Source: Lama glama (taxonomy: Eukaryota). From it: a stretch of 64,000 bases of DNA. Shown here one piece after another: positions 51,263 to 64,000 of the stretch. The stretch's first letter is position 1. Each line of letters opens with the position of its first letter. The position numbers and the translations under genes were made by a program. Where the stretch lies: contig CM052817.1 in NCBI GenBank assembly GCA_028534125.1, positions 22,818,001 through 22,882,000 on the forward strand. Reading direction: 5' to 3'. The notes under the pieces are model-generated. The model searched no databases and was not told where the DNA came from. It saw nothing but the letters and a program-made list of their open reading frames with translations.

Positions 51263-51953
51263 TACTCCTGTATACATTTCAGTAGTTTTAAGCCATAAAC
51301 TATTTTTTATTTAAAGAAATTTTCCCCACATTCATGGATTTTTCCTTTACTTTTTTTTTTAATTGTTCTAATGGAGTTCTTCATATAATCTAGCTACCAG
51401 GCTATCGGATATTATATATTTTGTGAGCTGCTTCTCCCACTCTTTAGCTTGCCTTTTCACTTTCTTAATGTCATGGAAGGATGTCTTACTTTTAATATAT
51501 TTCACTTTTAATTTTTTTTTCTTTCAAGCATTGTGTCCCTTTACATTAAAACATGAAAGGGTATAAAAGATTCTTTAGAAAGTTGGAAAGCAGAGAGGAG
51601 CTTTCTATATTGCAAAGATAGAAATTCAAGAGAGAAAAACAAGCTAAATGTTACCAGTAATAAGTTTAAAGTATTTTACTATGAAAAAATTTTAAACTCA
51701 AATGGCATATTGGAAAATTTTCTTTCGATATATGTTAGACACAGAAAGCTAATCTACAATATATAATTTTTTTCAAAGTTAAATTATGGCATACTTTCTA
51801 ATGTGAAAATATTAAAAAGTGTTAACTCAATAAAGAAAAAATAATGTATATTTTAAGAGAAATGTAAAATTATCAGTGAGTAAAAACAAAAATAAAACAT
51901 AATTCAGTATCCACATAATTTATGAAGTGTTTAGGAAAGTACATTATGAAGTA

Positions 51954-52160
51954 TAGTTTGACCCTTGAACAACACAGGCTTGACCTACGTGAGTCCACTT
52001 ATATGCAAACTTTTTCAATAAATAGTACTACCTTAGGACATCACCCATGATTTGCAGGATCTGCAGATGCAGAACTGCAGATACTGAGGGCTGACTATAA
52101 ACTGATGTGACTGTGTAGGGCTTGGTGCTCCCAACCCCTGCATTGCTTAAGGGTCATTTG
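51954..52160 (-). mobile_element. MER8/Tigger2-derived TcMar MITE
   Basis: Terminal inverted repeats ttgacccttgaacaa...ttgcttaagggtca, flanked by TA on both sides. Confidence 0.85.
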
Positions 52161-55100
52161 TACTTGGGAGGGCACTGGGCAGTCTCATACACTGTTCTGG
52201 GAATTATGAATTGGCACATAATTCTTAAGGGGAACTTGCTTATATGTATCAAGATTTAAAAATGTGACATATTAGATTCAACACCTTCGTTTATAGAAAT
52301 TGATCCTGAGGAACTAATTAAGGATATATGCAAACATTAGATGTGACTGTTTTTCTCAGTATTATTTAAAAGTAACAAAATAATTTAAGCACTTTTTCTA
52401 TTTCTAAGAATAAGAGTTTTTTGATAACATCTGTACACTATTAGAGCAATTTTATTATAATCAATAATATCAATTGTAATAATTAACATTGTGTTTAAAA
52501 TATATCCGAAAGAAAGACTCCCCACTCTCCTTGCCTGCTTACAGTACAACTTTGCCTTTGTTTTATTTTTATTTTCCACCTGTATTTTCACATTGCAAAA
52601 TATAGAACTGATATATTGGGAACCTCAGTGGGATTCCTAACACTTTCTGGCTAAAGGAAATGTTCTCAGAATGCTTGCAAAGGATTCTTGGTCCTTAAAT
52701 TCTTTAATTACTGACCAATCAAAACAGAAGATAATATATCCACCCCATGAAAGTTGCTTACAAATTGAATAAAACAACATCCTTGAATAAAACAGCATCA
52801 CCCAAAATCCAAGAGACAAGCCCAGGACCTTACATACGCAGTCTTCTCATCCAACCAACATTTTTTGACCTTTCACTCACTAAGTTTTGTAAGAACATCT
52901 TTTCTTGGTCCATACACATAACAATTTAAAGGCCACACTTTGAGAAAAGTCACTTGGAACAAGGTCCTGCAGGAATTACTTTATAGGATGGAGAGTGGGC
53001 AAAGTGGCTCCTTTGTGAAAAGGACAAAGCTCTCCATCCTTGTTTGCTAGTTTGAAAATCCTGTAGCCAATTTGGTTTGAATTCTCACTGTGATTCAGTC
53101 TTAGTGGGTCAAACTATATGAGCCAAATATTGATCTTGTCAGAAGGGGAAATTAACTGAATGACTGCGGATCTGAATCAGATTGCCTAATTGCCTGTTTT
53201 TTGCAGTCAGGAGGAAGAGATTTGGGAAATAATAGGATTCCCCCCAGAGGTAAAGAAGACAGCACAGAGATCATATTTTCTTGCTTTGGGTTTGCTCAGT
53301 GTTCTCTACGCTATGTTCAGTATCCCCATCTCCCCTGCACACATATCAGTCAAGTCTCAACTTTAAATCCTGTTTATCAGAATAAATACAATGAGGACAA
53401 AGCTATGTGAAACAGAAGCATAGGTGAGAAAGTCCCACAAATTGAAAACTGAGTAGAAACATGTATCTAGTTAAACAAGAGGGAAAAAAATGTAATAGTA
53501 ATAGAGCATGCTTTCTACAGACACACTCCAAATAAGGTTCCTGAAAGTTAAGCCAGTAGGATATTACACCTAACATTTGTCATCTAATTCAAGTGCATTT
53601 AGAGAAACAGCTTAATCTTAGGTCCAAAGCTGTTAAATACAAATAACCACTAAACTGGAAGCTAAGCATGTTTTTTCTGGACGAACAGGGTGTTAGGTAT
53701 ACAATTGGAAAATTTATTTAACCTATTTTGTTTACAGACACCAAAATGAGAGAACAAGCCTCAATAATCTTTGAAGTTTTTCTCCCCCTCAACCAGATTT
53801 AACATTCTAAACTGTCCCTCTTTGTTTGATTTTTAGATTTGAAATCATTTCTTCTGATCAACAGTATACTCCCTGGATTAAGGAAAACATGCATATTTGC
53901 ATATTGAAATACTAGTGTCTATCAGTAAATGTATTTGTGAGAATAAAGCACATTTCTTGGAAAGTAAGTTACACTCTGCCATCACAGGTTTCCTGCTGTG
54001 GGATTCTTTCCTGGCTCCTCCAATCAGGGTACCTCTTAAAGAAATGGTTGTCTCTTTCATGTAAGTAGTTCAATAAAAGGGGAAAGTAGAGCAGTTGCTC
54101 CCAGAGAAGAGGGCATTGCAGACATCATTCAAGTTGATGCTAATTCCCTTAGAGTGATCCATTGAAATGCTAATGACACAGGCTCATTGCCTCTGGCCTA
54201 AATGTTCTGAACTTTGCTTCCTCTCTCAGTACTGCACTACCTGTACAGTGCAGAATGAAAGTTACAGCTGTGGACCTTCTGCTAAGCAGCAGGCATTTTT
54301 CACAAGACAAATTACCACAGGAAGTTATAGCGAAAGGCAAAAAGAAAAAAAAAAAACTTTCTACAATGTGCAAGTGCTCTTTTCCTTATTTTAATAATGA
54401 AGATAAGTGATCACCTTCTAGGAAAGCCTCCCAGACAAACCATATCTATAATTTCTTGGGCATAATTATGTCCCAAGAACTAAAACTCCATAAACCTATC
54501 GCTGAACTTTTCGTTGTCCTCAAGGGTGGTTTTTGAATGTAGAAGTCTGTTCAGGGTTATAAGCAATTAGTATTCAATATATGAAAGGTGCTGCTTCAAA
54601 ACTTAACCTCCATTTTAGGCTTTTAAATTCAGTTTGCAAATCTTACTAGACTATGTATGAAGCTAGCACATTTTAACAAACTTTGAGTAATTTTGTTCTC
54701 ATCTGCAAACTAAATTAAAAAATGTTTAAACAAAATTTATACGTTCAATATATTTGATTTATTCTTTAGAATTCAATTTTCAGTTTTAGCCATCTTCTGG
54801 ACACCTAAATAATTCTTATAAATATGTTAAATAAAATTTACAAATACAGTGAACCTAACTTCTCTTCCATGCTGAGTCTCATGCATTCATTTAATACAAT
54901 TTTAAGACACAGTATAATGTTAAGTCAATTACTCACTTCTATATATTAAATTTGAATGACAAGGCAATTACTCTAAAAGGCCAGGATCTCTTAAATATAC
55001 AAAAGTATGTAATTGCGCATTTGTTTTCTAGCTTTAGTTTCCAAATATGTAACTCCCTATTATGCACATGTTGGCCCCTCTTTGCTTACCTCTATATTCA

Positions 55101-57099
55101 TTAGTTTCTCTAAGATCATTTTGATCTTCTTAAAAAATTGCGTTCTTTTTCCTTGTTTGGTTTTTTAGTTTGTCATTACTTTTTCATAAATCATTTAAAG
55201 TGATATATTCTAAACTTCTTGTGCTACAGTAACAATATTTCAATTTATTTTATTGTTGTCTTCAGAATATTCATTCAACAAATACTTGCATAGTAGCTAC
55301 CATGTGCAAATCATTGTTCAAAAACAAAGGTGAATATGCAAAGTGAGGTGTCTATTGTCCTAGACTGGTTATAATTCTGATAAATTACTTGTACCTTGTA
55401 TAGATGGGATGGAAAAACTGACTAAATCTAATAAAAGTTGGAACATTTCTTTGCATGTGATTTCTTAATTACAAATCTGGTTTAGGTATATCTATTGCCA
55501 TTTCTATTTTATGAATATGAATATAAATATAAATACATGAGAGGTGGTTTCCCTTAAATTGTTTTGTTTTCACTCCTTCACTAAAACAAATTCTCTTTGC
55601 TATATTTAAATTTGCATTTTGAGTTTCCACAGCACTTTTCTTGCCAGTAGCCATTTGAATCCAATACTAAGTTACAAATTTCTTCCTGAACTCACATGGA
55701 TAAATTTCCTCTTCTTGAAAATGGGCTTGATGTAACTTACTTGACGTGGAATGATGGGCTTTTTTATGAGAAAATAATATTTGCTTTTGGTTTTTGTCAC
55801 CTCTGATTTTTATTTGGTTCCTGATATATTAAAAAAAAAAGACATTTTGTTTTTATTCACATATTTTAAATCTTTCTAGAATAATCAGATGAATTAAATA
55901 TAACTAGATGAAATAAATACTGATTTTAAATGATCTTCTTTTTGTGTGTTATACCTTAAGAGTTCCACATTTAGTTTTATACACTAATGATCATGGTTAT
56001 ACATACTGAGAATTGCATAGAATTCTTTAGGTAGCAGAGTGGGGAGTCCACAAGTTACTTATTATGTATAATGGTTTTTGAAAGATATGACAAAGAAACA
56101 TATATAAACCTGCTTCAAATAAGAATATTTACCTACCCTCCCCAAAAAACATATGAGATCATTCATCCATACAACTAATAGGAAAATTTAATATTTGCAA
56201 AGAACAGAATTATTTTTATCTTCATTATTTAGTTACCTAACAGAAATAGAATAAAATAATGTTATGTTTTAATATCTATAAGTGTAATTATTTACATTTT
56301 TGCCAAAGAAACAATTAACTTTTATTAACAAAAAAATTTCTCTTTCCTCTAGAGAAACATCTAGTAAAATATATAAGCAAGTTGTAAATTTTGCCTTGAT
56401 TTGATTTCATGTTTCTGAGTTCATATGTGGGTATTTTGTACAGCCAGAAGCAGAACTGGAAAAATTATATTTCAAGCTATTCGTTGCTTTTCAAACACTT
56501 ATCAAAACTGTCTACAGAAAGTGTTTTCACACTTCTATAATAGTTTATCATTTTTATCTTAGAAATTTATTACCAAAATGAAAGATTGAGTAGTAGTGAT
56601 TTCAAAAGCTATCAGCTAATTTGTTAGCATTTCAGAAAGGTGTCAAAAGTTTTTTGAAAAGTTTTTTTTTTTCCCTGAATCATTTCCATTTTGTTGTTAT
56701 TACTAATAGTATAAATATTACTTGTAGGCAAGTGTCCTTTAATAAGCTGAAACCAATTGTGGGCACCATAATACACAGAGCCTAAAATGGAGTTCACAGT
56801 CTGTTTAACTGTTAATATACTGCTCACAAATATTTATTTCTATGCACTGATAAACAGATAGTAAGTAAGAAGGGGGAGTCTCCAATAGTTTATAGGAAGA
56901 GCCAAGAGGATGGGCAGGTATACTAGTATACATACATGTATATTATAAAATCTTGGTTACCCCCCACCTTTCTTGTTTCTTTCTCCCATTTAATTAATTT
57001 ATGTTTATTTTCTGTCTTTTTTTTGGTAATATGAAAAAAATCTTTGGCAATTTTTTCTTATATAAGCACATAAAGCCAAAAACTTCTAAGCACAGATTC

Positions 57100-57540
57100 A
57101 TCATGCTCCCACAAATTTTGGCATGTTTTGCTTCATTTTCATTCATTACAAAATATTTAAAAATTCAACTTGTGATTGTCTTTTTCTTATGGATTTTAAT
57201 TATATTTTAAATTTTCAAATATTTGAATATTTGTACATTTCTGTGATTAATGTCTAGTTAAATTTTACTGTGATCAGAGAATATGTTTTGTATAAATCCA
57301 ATTTGTATATTTGTTAAAATTTATTTTATGGCTCAGGGCATGGTATTTCATAATGATTGTCACTGTGTACTTGAACAGAGTGTATATTCTTCTGTTGTTG
57401 GGCAAAGTGTTTTACAAATGCAGATTTAACTCCATTGTTTGATGGTATTATTGAAATGTTCTATAGTTTACCTGATTCTTTGAAATCTACTTTTTTATCA
57501 ATTACTGAGAAAGGGGTATTGAAATTTCCAACTGCATTTC
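57100..57540 (-). mobile_element. Old L1 ORF2 endonuclease-region fragment
   Basis: tgtgatcagagaatatg...tgtacttgaacagagtgtatattcttctgttgttggg...tcaattactgagaaaggggtattgaaatttccaact. Confidence 0.8.
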
Positions 57541-58304
57541 AGTTTAGCTGATTTTTCATGTGTTTCCTCTTTTTTCTTTTCTTGTCTATTGAACATTTAC
57601 AAGAGTATACTTCCATTTCTCCCCTCATCTTTTGAGGTATATTGATATATTTCACTAACACATATATTTGAAATTTACAAAGTCTTGGTGATGTTTTGTT
57701 TGAAGCAATCAGTTATCTTTTAAAGATTCGTTCACATAAAAATTACTATACCTACTAGCATACCCTACCTTCCCGCTCCATCATATCTCTCATTTCTGGG
57801 TTTGATTCTACCCAGAGATTTTTCTGCTGGTTATGGGTCATATTGTCCTACTTCTTCATTTGTTGTTACAGTTTTTTGATACAGGACATAATAAATTTTC
57901 CATTGCTGAGTGATACCTTTTATTGATGTTTTTAAAGATTATTACATATTTTTTCCAGGCATTCTGTAGTCTGAAATGAATCTGTCATATAAGCAAAATT
58001 TCTCTACTTTCTAAGGGAATTTTGCACAATTCCCAGCTCTTCTTGTGCTCAAAATTGTTTGTCTTCAGGAGCTTGAATTTTTTTCCTGTGAATTCTTGCC
58101 CAGTCTCGTTGAAAGCAATCTTTGCCATTCTCTCTGTTGCCAACTTCCTTGAGCAGTACCTTGCAAACAGTCATCCAATTTCTTTTATTTAACTTTATAA
58201 ATGTCTTCAGTCAGATAGTAGGAACATAAAAGAGAGGTCAATTCAAATCTTAAGAACTGACAATTCTCAAAGTTGAAAATGATCAATCCTTGCAGGATGT
58301 AGGA

Positions 58305-58700
58305 TTTCTCAGTTATTTATTCCATCAAAAACTACTAGACAACTTAGTGAATTAAACAGAAGCAATTTTATTATTTCTCATGATTCTGTGGGCTGCAGTC
58401 AACTAAAGGACTGACTTGTCTGAAACATCCAAAATAGCTTATTCACATAATGTCCTTACTGCAGTCAGCTGGAGTTCAGCTGAGGCTGTCATAAGAAATA
58501 CCTCTCCTCTTAAACCCTGTGGTTGCTGTAGGTGCCTGGACTTCTCGGAGAGTGCTGGCTCAGTTCTAAGAGGCAGGAGGTGAAAACTGGCAGTCCTTCT
58601 GGGGACAGAGGAAATAACGTCCATCTCTTGATGTGAGAAATGGTATGTATGCACACACAGAGAAGGAATTGTTGAGGGTCACTGTTTGAGACTAATCCAG
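58305..58700 (-). mobile_element. MLT1G/H-like MaLR LTR
   Basis: aacttagtga...ttattatttctcatgattctgtgggct...tcagctggagttcagctgaggctgtc...ccatctcttgatgtgagaa. Confidence 0.75.
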
Positions 58701-59779
58701 GGAATGAGAAAAAAATTATATTCTTGATGTCTTCTTGCTCCCTTCTTTCAATGTATTTTTCTTTTATAGGTGAGGAGCAGGTATGGGGATGGAAGGCAGA
58801 AAGACCCAGGCCTGTGGATGTTGAAACTTTGCTTCGGCCTTTATCCCTGTTAGTTGTGGCATCCCCTGCATCACTTCTCATCTGTGTGAAACATTCATAT
58901 CTCTTTTCTGGGAACAAAATCTGGCTAAGCTTTATATTCTCAGATGTTATTTCAGATCTCTATCTGTGAAACAATTTTCCCTCCATTCATTCCTGTTAAC
59001 CATTCTTCGCTCTAATCTTACAGTTTATTGAGTGTTATTTTCCATTCTTTAACACAAAGCAGAACTTTACCAAAAGCTATTAAAAAGGAACTAACAGTAA
59101 AATAAACAGAGTTTCAAAGCATATTTGATATATTGTGGCAAAAGTAGAAGTATCGTGATTTTTAAATTTTGAGATTTTATACTTTCCTAGTCCTCGAGTA
59201 AACTATAATAGAAGAGTACTCTTCTTGTTTTCTTTCCAAAACCAGAACCAAATAAATTTGGAATATTAAACAGCTTTAAACATATTCCACTCTAGTAATT
59301 GAAAAAAAGTGATAATATATTATAAAACAAATCACTTTTCACAACTATAAAAATAACAGATCTCAGACATCTAGCGATATTTGTCTTGGATATAGGATAC
59401 TCTTTAAATATGTGGGGAAAAAATCAATTACTTCATCCACGATGTTAGTGACAATGCCAAAAGATATGCTTTTAAGCATATGTGACACTATTTTTTTTAC
59501 TTTCTCAATATTCATCTATGTATGTGCTTAAAAATTTATGCCAGTTTATAATTTCGAATATGATCATGCCATCAAAAGAATTTTCATCAAGATAGTAGAG
59601 ATTATTATACTTCTTCAATTTAACCATTCTGTAATGAGAATTATTTTGCAGTTTGTGTCCTTAAAGTAGTGGTTCTATCTTGAATTCTGAGAAAATATGA
59701 AAATAAGCTCTTTAGATACAGACACAAATCTGTATCAGGTAGAATGCCGTCTAGTCAGGTCTGAAAAAGTAATCTAAAT

Positions 59780-60220
59780 ATGGCTTTAAAATTGTGTAAA
59801 CTTATTTTATCTACCTTTATTTATTATTCACATTAAGAGACGTGAGTAAGGAACGCTAGTAGGGCATCTAATTCTGTGTCAGTGGCTTCACTGAGCACAC
59901 AGGATCCTTCCATTTTTCTGTTGTGTAGTTCACAGCATGTTTGTTTTGCCCCTTAACTTAGCTCCCATCATAGGCACAATATGGCTATTATAATTCCTGC
60001 ATTCCATCTAGAGGTGTAATGTAATACAGGAAAATGGAGTATCTATCTTCTATGTGTTGCTTTTTAAGAGCGAAGACATTTTTCTCTATTGGCCTGTAGC
60101 AGACCTATCCTCATTGGCCCAAACTGAATCAAATTATAATTCAAAACAACAATCACTATTAACAGAAATGACTGTCATTGGTTTAGCCTATTCAAATTTA
60201 TCCCACTTCTGGAGCCAGTC
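59780..60220 (-). mobile_element. MLT1K/L-like MaLR LTR
   Basis: cttccatttttctg...cacaatatggct...tttttaagagcgaagacattt...tcattggcccaaactg. Confidence 0.6.
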
Positions 60221-60256
60221 ACTGTTACATAGTATGTAAATTATATTGTTCTGTGT

Positions 60257-60328
60257 GCTAGGGTGTGTTTGTTTTTTTGAACTACATCCAGAGCTAGGGT
60301 GTATTTGTTTTTTCAATCTATACCCAGG
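60257..60328. repeat. Diverged 36-bp tandem duplication
   Basis: gctagggtgtgtttgtttttttgaactacatccaga / gctagggtgtatttgttttttcaatctatacccagg. Confidence 0.8.
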
Positions 60329-60806
60329 GGTTTGCCATTTACTACAATCTGAAACCAGTGTTAAATCTGAGGTCCATATTCCACAATTCAGCTATGTTTG
60401 CCATTGAGCAGTCCCAGAGATGTTGCTAATTAGTGAAATCAAAGTTTGAAATAGATTCTTATGGAAAAAATTGACAGCTTGTTAATTAGGAAAATCAATT
60501 TTATAAATTGAATTTAATTGGCTAAATTAGTGAACTGGTGAATGTGTATGGATCAGCTAAAATACTGTAGAGACACTGGCTGCATTTGCATGAATGGGGT
60601 ATAAGAATTTAGTAAGTCCTTCACTTTTTACTATTCAGAATGTTGTACGAGGCTTTTTTTTTTTGGAATTTTTTTTTTTTTGGTCCAGAAACAGAATATA
60701 GAAGACAATGGGTTTCTCATCTCTTCTATAAGACTGACTGATCTCAGCCTCTAGAATAGAGTCATGCTGTCTTCAGTAAAATCTTCCATGAAAAGTGAGT
60801 TTAAAG

Positions 60807-61050
60807 ACCGATGTGCTCTTGTCCATTTGTACCAGCTTGCAAGGGCCAGTGGTTAGTATCTCTTCCCAGTGCTACATGTAGAGACATAATATTGATTGCT
60901 TAAAACTGGCCAGGGTAAGAGTATTCACATCATGGAAATAGCAAATCCTAGATATCAATTTTTGTTTTAGTATGGATGATGTATGTTTGTATGTATGTAT
61001 GTACATACACATTCCTATACTCATTGAGCTGGCTTAATAGTACACCACTG
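60807..61050 (+). mobile_element. MER63A-like hAT-Blackjack MITE
   Basis: gtaccagcttgcaagggcc...tctcttccca...gagtattcacatcatggaaat...tacaccactg. 8-bp TSD gtttaaag / atttaaag. Confidence 0.75.
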
Positions 61051-61509
61051 ATTTAAAGCAACAAATTCAAAGAGGTGGGACTGCATGAAGTTACACAAGA
61101 GATTAAATGATCAGTGTGCTTAGATGCCTCATTATGAATATATGATCTATGTATAGAGCAAGAATTTGGTCTGAAACTTGACTTTCAAACTTTCAAAGTT
61201 GTCAAAAAAAAGAAAGAAACGTGGGCCTTAACATCCTCTAAATATTAATGGCATCTTCTATGTGCAAAAGCAAAGCAAAACAAACAAAACAAAAATAAAG
61301 CAAAAAACTTTTAATTATAAACAACTAAACTGTCACGGAGGTTCAAAACTCATCCTCCATGGGTGTGGATACCTGAATTAATTTGATTCCTGTTATTAGG
61401 AAGGAAGAACGTGATTCATGTAGGCAATCAAAAGCTTCTTACAAAATTTCAAATCTCGCTCAATCTCTCTCTCAATCTCCCTCCTCCCCCTAACCACCCC
61501 AGTATATAT

Positions 61510-61900
61510 TCTTATCAGCCAGCTATTTCTGAACAACAAACATACCAATACTCACTCCTGCCGGGCAGGATGCAGGTTGGCTAGGGGGCCGGCTAACCTA
61601 CGCTGGCTTTGGCTGAGCTGTTCTGCTCGAGCTGGAGCTCCATCTGGGCTTGGCTCCTGATCCTTGACTGGGCTTAGGTCTGCATCATGTGCACTCATTC
61701 CATGCTCCAGGCTGAAGTGGCGGCAGCTAACCCAGGGGTGTTATTTTTATGTGATGACAGATTTGCAAGAGGCCAAACCTGAGCAGGTAAGCATGTGAAA
61801 ATTAACCTCCCATTATTCAAAGTAAGTCATAGAGTCAAGTCCAGAGTTAGAGAGTGGAAGGTACACTCCCAACATGAAGTCAAAACATCATATAACTAAG
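61510..61900 (-). mobile_element. MLT1H/I/J-like MaLR LTR
   Basis: tcagccagctatttctg...tgcaggttggctaggg...ccaggctgaag...gcaagaggccaaacc...aaagtaagtcatagagtcaagtcca. Confidence 0.7.
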
Positions 61901-62119
61901 GCCAATACTGTTTAAAAAGTAAAACTGGGAACATTATCCCTAAACTTGTGCAGAAATAAACCTGTAGAAAACTGGCATCTATCCTTAGGATTTGCAGCAA
62001 GAGAAATTTTACTTAAAGTAATAAATGACAATCTTATCGAACTAGAAGCTTCAGAGTCTAGGAGAATATTTCACAAATGTACTTAAAACACTAAAATTCA
62101 GCAAGAAACTTCAAACATA

Positions 62120-62520
62120 TATTAGGAAAATTCATAAGAGATGGATGGCTTTGCCTCAGTTTGAACGAACAGGATTCTGTCCTGAGCCAGAAACCAAGTA
62201 TTTTATTTCTTGTGGCACAACAGGAAGCATGAGCTTCATTTTCTCCTTCGTTCCTCCTGCCCCATGGAGGGAAGGGGAGACGCAGAGCTATGCCCAGGCA
62301 GATGTGCACACAGCATGTCTGTGTTACAGCTCAGAAATCTAAAGCTTAGAGAACCCCTTAGCTTATAATGGGGCTGACAGCAAATATTCTCAACCTTTGC
62401 TCTAGAGGGAGACATTACCTTTATTTTCTTGGACAAGAAAGAAGTTGGCTCTCTCATCTGGAGGGAGACACCGTACCTTCTTCAGATGTGTACTATAAAA
62501 ACATCCATCTTTAAAATATT
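62120..62520 (-). mobile_element. ERVL-type LTR related to the 42258 element
   Basis: cctttgctctagagggagaca, gcttagagaacc and cttataatggg are reverse complements of motifs in the LTR47-like family. Confidence 0.55.
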
Positions 62521-62754
62521 TTAAAATTATCTGAACACCTGATTTTCTTGGGAAGTGAAACAGAAGATTACTCTTTGGAAGATATATATTGTTAGTAAGC
62601 CTGCTTTACCCAAATTGTACAATCATAAATCATTTACTTGGAACTCATTAGAGTAACTACAGAACATCAAAAGCATGTTAAGTAAAAAAGAAATTCTGTA
62701 TTCTCAACAGAGAAAATAATTAAAGTGGTTAATATTTAGTTTCATGCAATCATT

Positions 62755-63015
62755 AATTAAAAGCACAAGGTTCAGAGCCAGACTTGGATTTTAGATTGCC
62801 ATTTACTGGCTGTGTGGGCAAAGCTGTAAGACTTAACTTTTTTGGGTCTTTGTTTCTTCACTTGTAAAAACGTGAATCAACATCACCATTTTCTTCTTCA
62901 TCATGATCGTCATCATCACCATCATCATCACCATAGCAACTGTCTTATAGTATGAACATTTAATACGATGAAAGCACTTGGAAAAGAGCCTATTAGGTAT
63001 CAAGCACTATACAAT
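62755..63015 (+). mobile_element. MIR SINE with an internal (CAT)n-like expansion
   Basis: ttcagagccagac...gccatttactggctgtgtg...tttcttcacttgtaaaa. Imperfect CAT/CAC repeat at 62880-62935. Confidence 0.7.
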
Positions 63016-63194
63016 AAGAAAACAATTGTATCCCAGCTTTATACACTATTAACTTTTTATACATTCAGAAGGGCATTTTGAACTTTGTTTAGTTAAACTC
63101 TTGCTTTCATGATGATAAAGACAACAGACCAGTAAGCAACTTTTCAAAGTCACAGCTTCTTAGATGTGTGTGAGATCATGATTGATAGATACCA

Positions 63195-63940
63195 TCATCT
63201 TCCTTCTCATCTACTCATTCTTAGTGTCACTAGTCTTAAGCCAGCACTTCTGTTGGTCTATAGTGCTTTTTCAGTGGGATGAATCAGACCTTTATCCCTG
63301 AGGTGTCTGAGCTCCCACTGCTCTCCCCTTATGAGGTCCGTTTAGTACCGTGGCCTATGTGCTATTGCAGATGACAACAGGTGCAGCAAGAAGGACCGCA
63401 GGGTAACCCCTGAGCCCCAGATGTACACCCCTCTGGTCCCATTATATAGTAGCAAACTCCTGATCCTCATAATTATCAAGTTTAATTTTCCACACATTAA
63501 TAGAACTTTTTTTTTGGTCTGTTGATCTAATTCTATGTAGAGCCTGAAATAACTGTACAGCATAACTTTAAAGTATAACTTCAGGGAATGGGGACTATAT
63601 TAGAGCTGCAGGAGGGAAACACAAATCCCCTGAGCCACTGAGAGTGATGGTGAAATCACCACTCCTTCTTCTATCCTTTTTTGATTTCTGGATCTATGGA
63701 TTCTAACTGTAGGGACATGACATGGTACAATGGCCGCTGGGTCAAAGATTATACTGAAATCTGAAGAATATTCTCTTAACACTGAAAGGCATCATCTGCA
63801 GGTTGGTGCTCAGGTCAAACCTTTAAGAGGCTATTCCAATATTCAACCAGGTAAGCAGTTTACAATGTGTGCTGTCTGTAACTCTGCGTCCCTTACCTAT
63901 ATGTGCACTGTCATGCTTTCTCCAAAATGAAAACACATTT
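63195..63940 (-). pseudogene. pol: ERVL-type pol remnant: integrase C-terminus plus dUTPase
   Basis: Minus-strand peptides VPTVRIHRSRNQ (cf. ERVL ARIHGSRNQG), DQQTKKKV...LLLYNGTRGVYIW (cf. SQQAKKGV...LLLHNGGKEEYVW) and SDTSGIKV*...RPTEVLA (cf. DPSGMKVW...RPAEVLA). Many stops and frameshifts. Confidence 0.85.
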
Positions 63941-64000
63941 CTCTAAAGAAATGTTAGGTTGGATCTTATGTTAACAATCAATTTTTTCAGCCCACCAATA

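Noticed and set aside
58510..58917. Longest ORF in the window (135 aa)
   Set aside because: It overlaps a MaLR LTR, has no domain-like features and has no exon structure.
60370..60545. TAATTA-rich stretch, possibly an ancient DNA-transposon relic or homeodomain cluster
   Set aside because: No termini or family could be identified, and AT-richness alone can explain the motifs.

Overview
AT-rich, CpG-depleted eukaryotic DNA from a placental mammal, most likely a camelid. A tRNA-derived SINE at 28253-28392 and several L1 3' UTRs resemble camelid families as I recall them; this was not checked against a database. I see no recognisable protein-coding exon, RNA gene or CpG-island promoter. The ORFs I could identify are decayed L1, ERV or LTR sequence, and the rest look like chance ORFs. 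The window reads as a gene desert or large intron built from L1, L2, MIR, MaLR, ERVL/ERV1 LTRs, a deleted Ile-primed ERV provirus and hAT/Tigger MITEs. I found no convincing new multi-gene system. The best leads are three estrogen-response-element palindromes in one LTR (48194-48379), a probable L1 3' transduction (40633-40856), an L1 target site used twice (20321-20738), a hairpin in unique DNA (52985-53040) and a repeat-free, enhancer-like block (38480-39420). Family names come from recalled consensus sequences. Boundaries are approximate unless a target-site duplication (TSD) is given.
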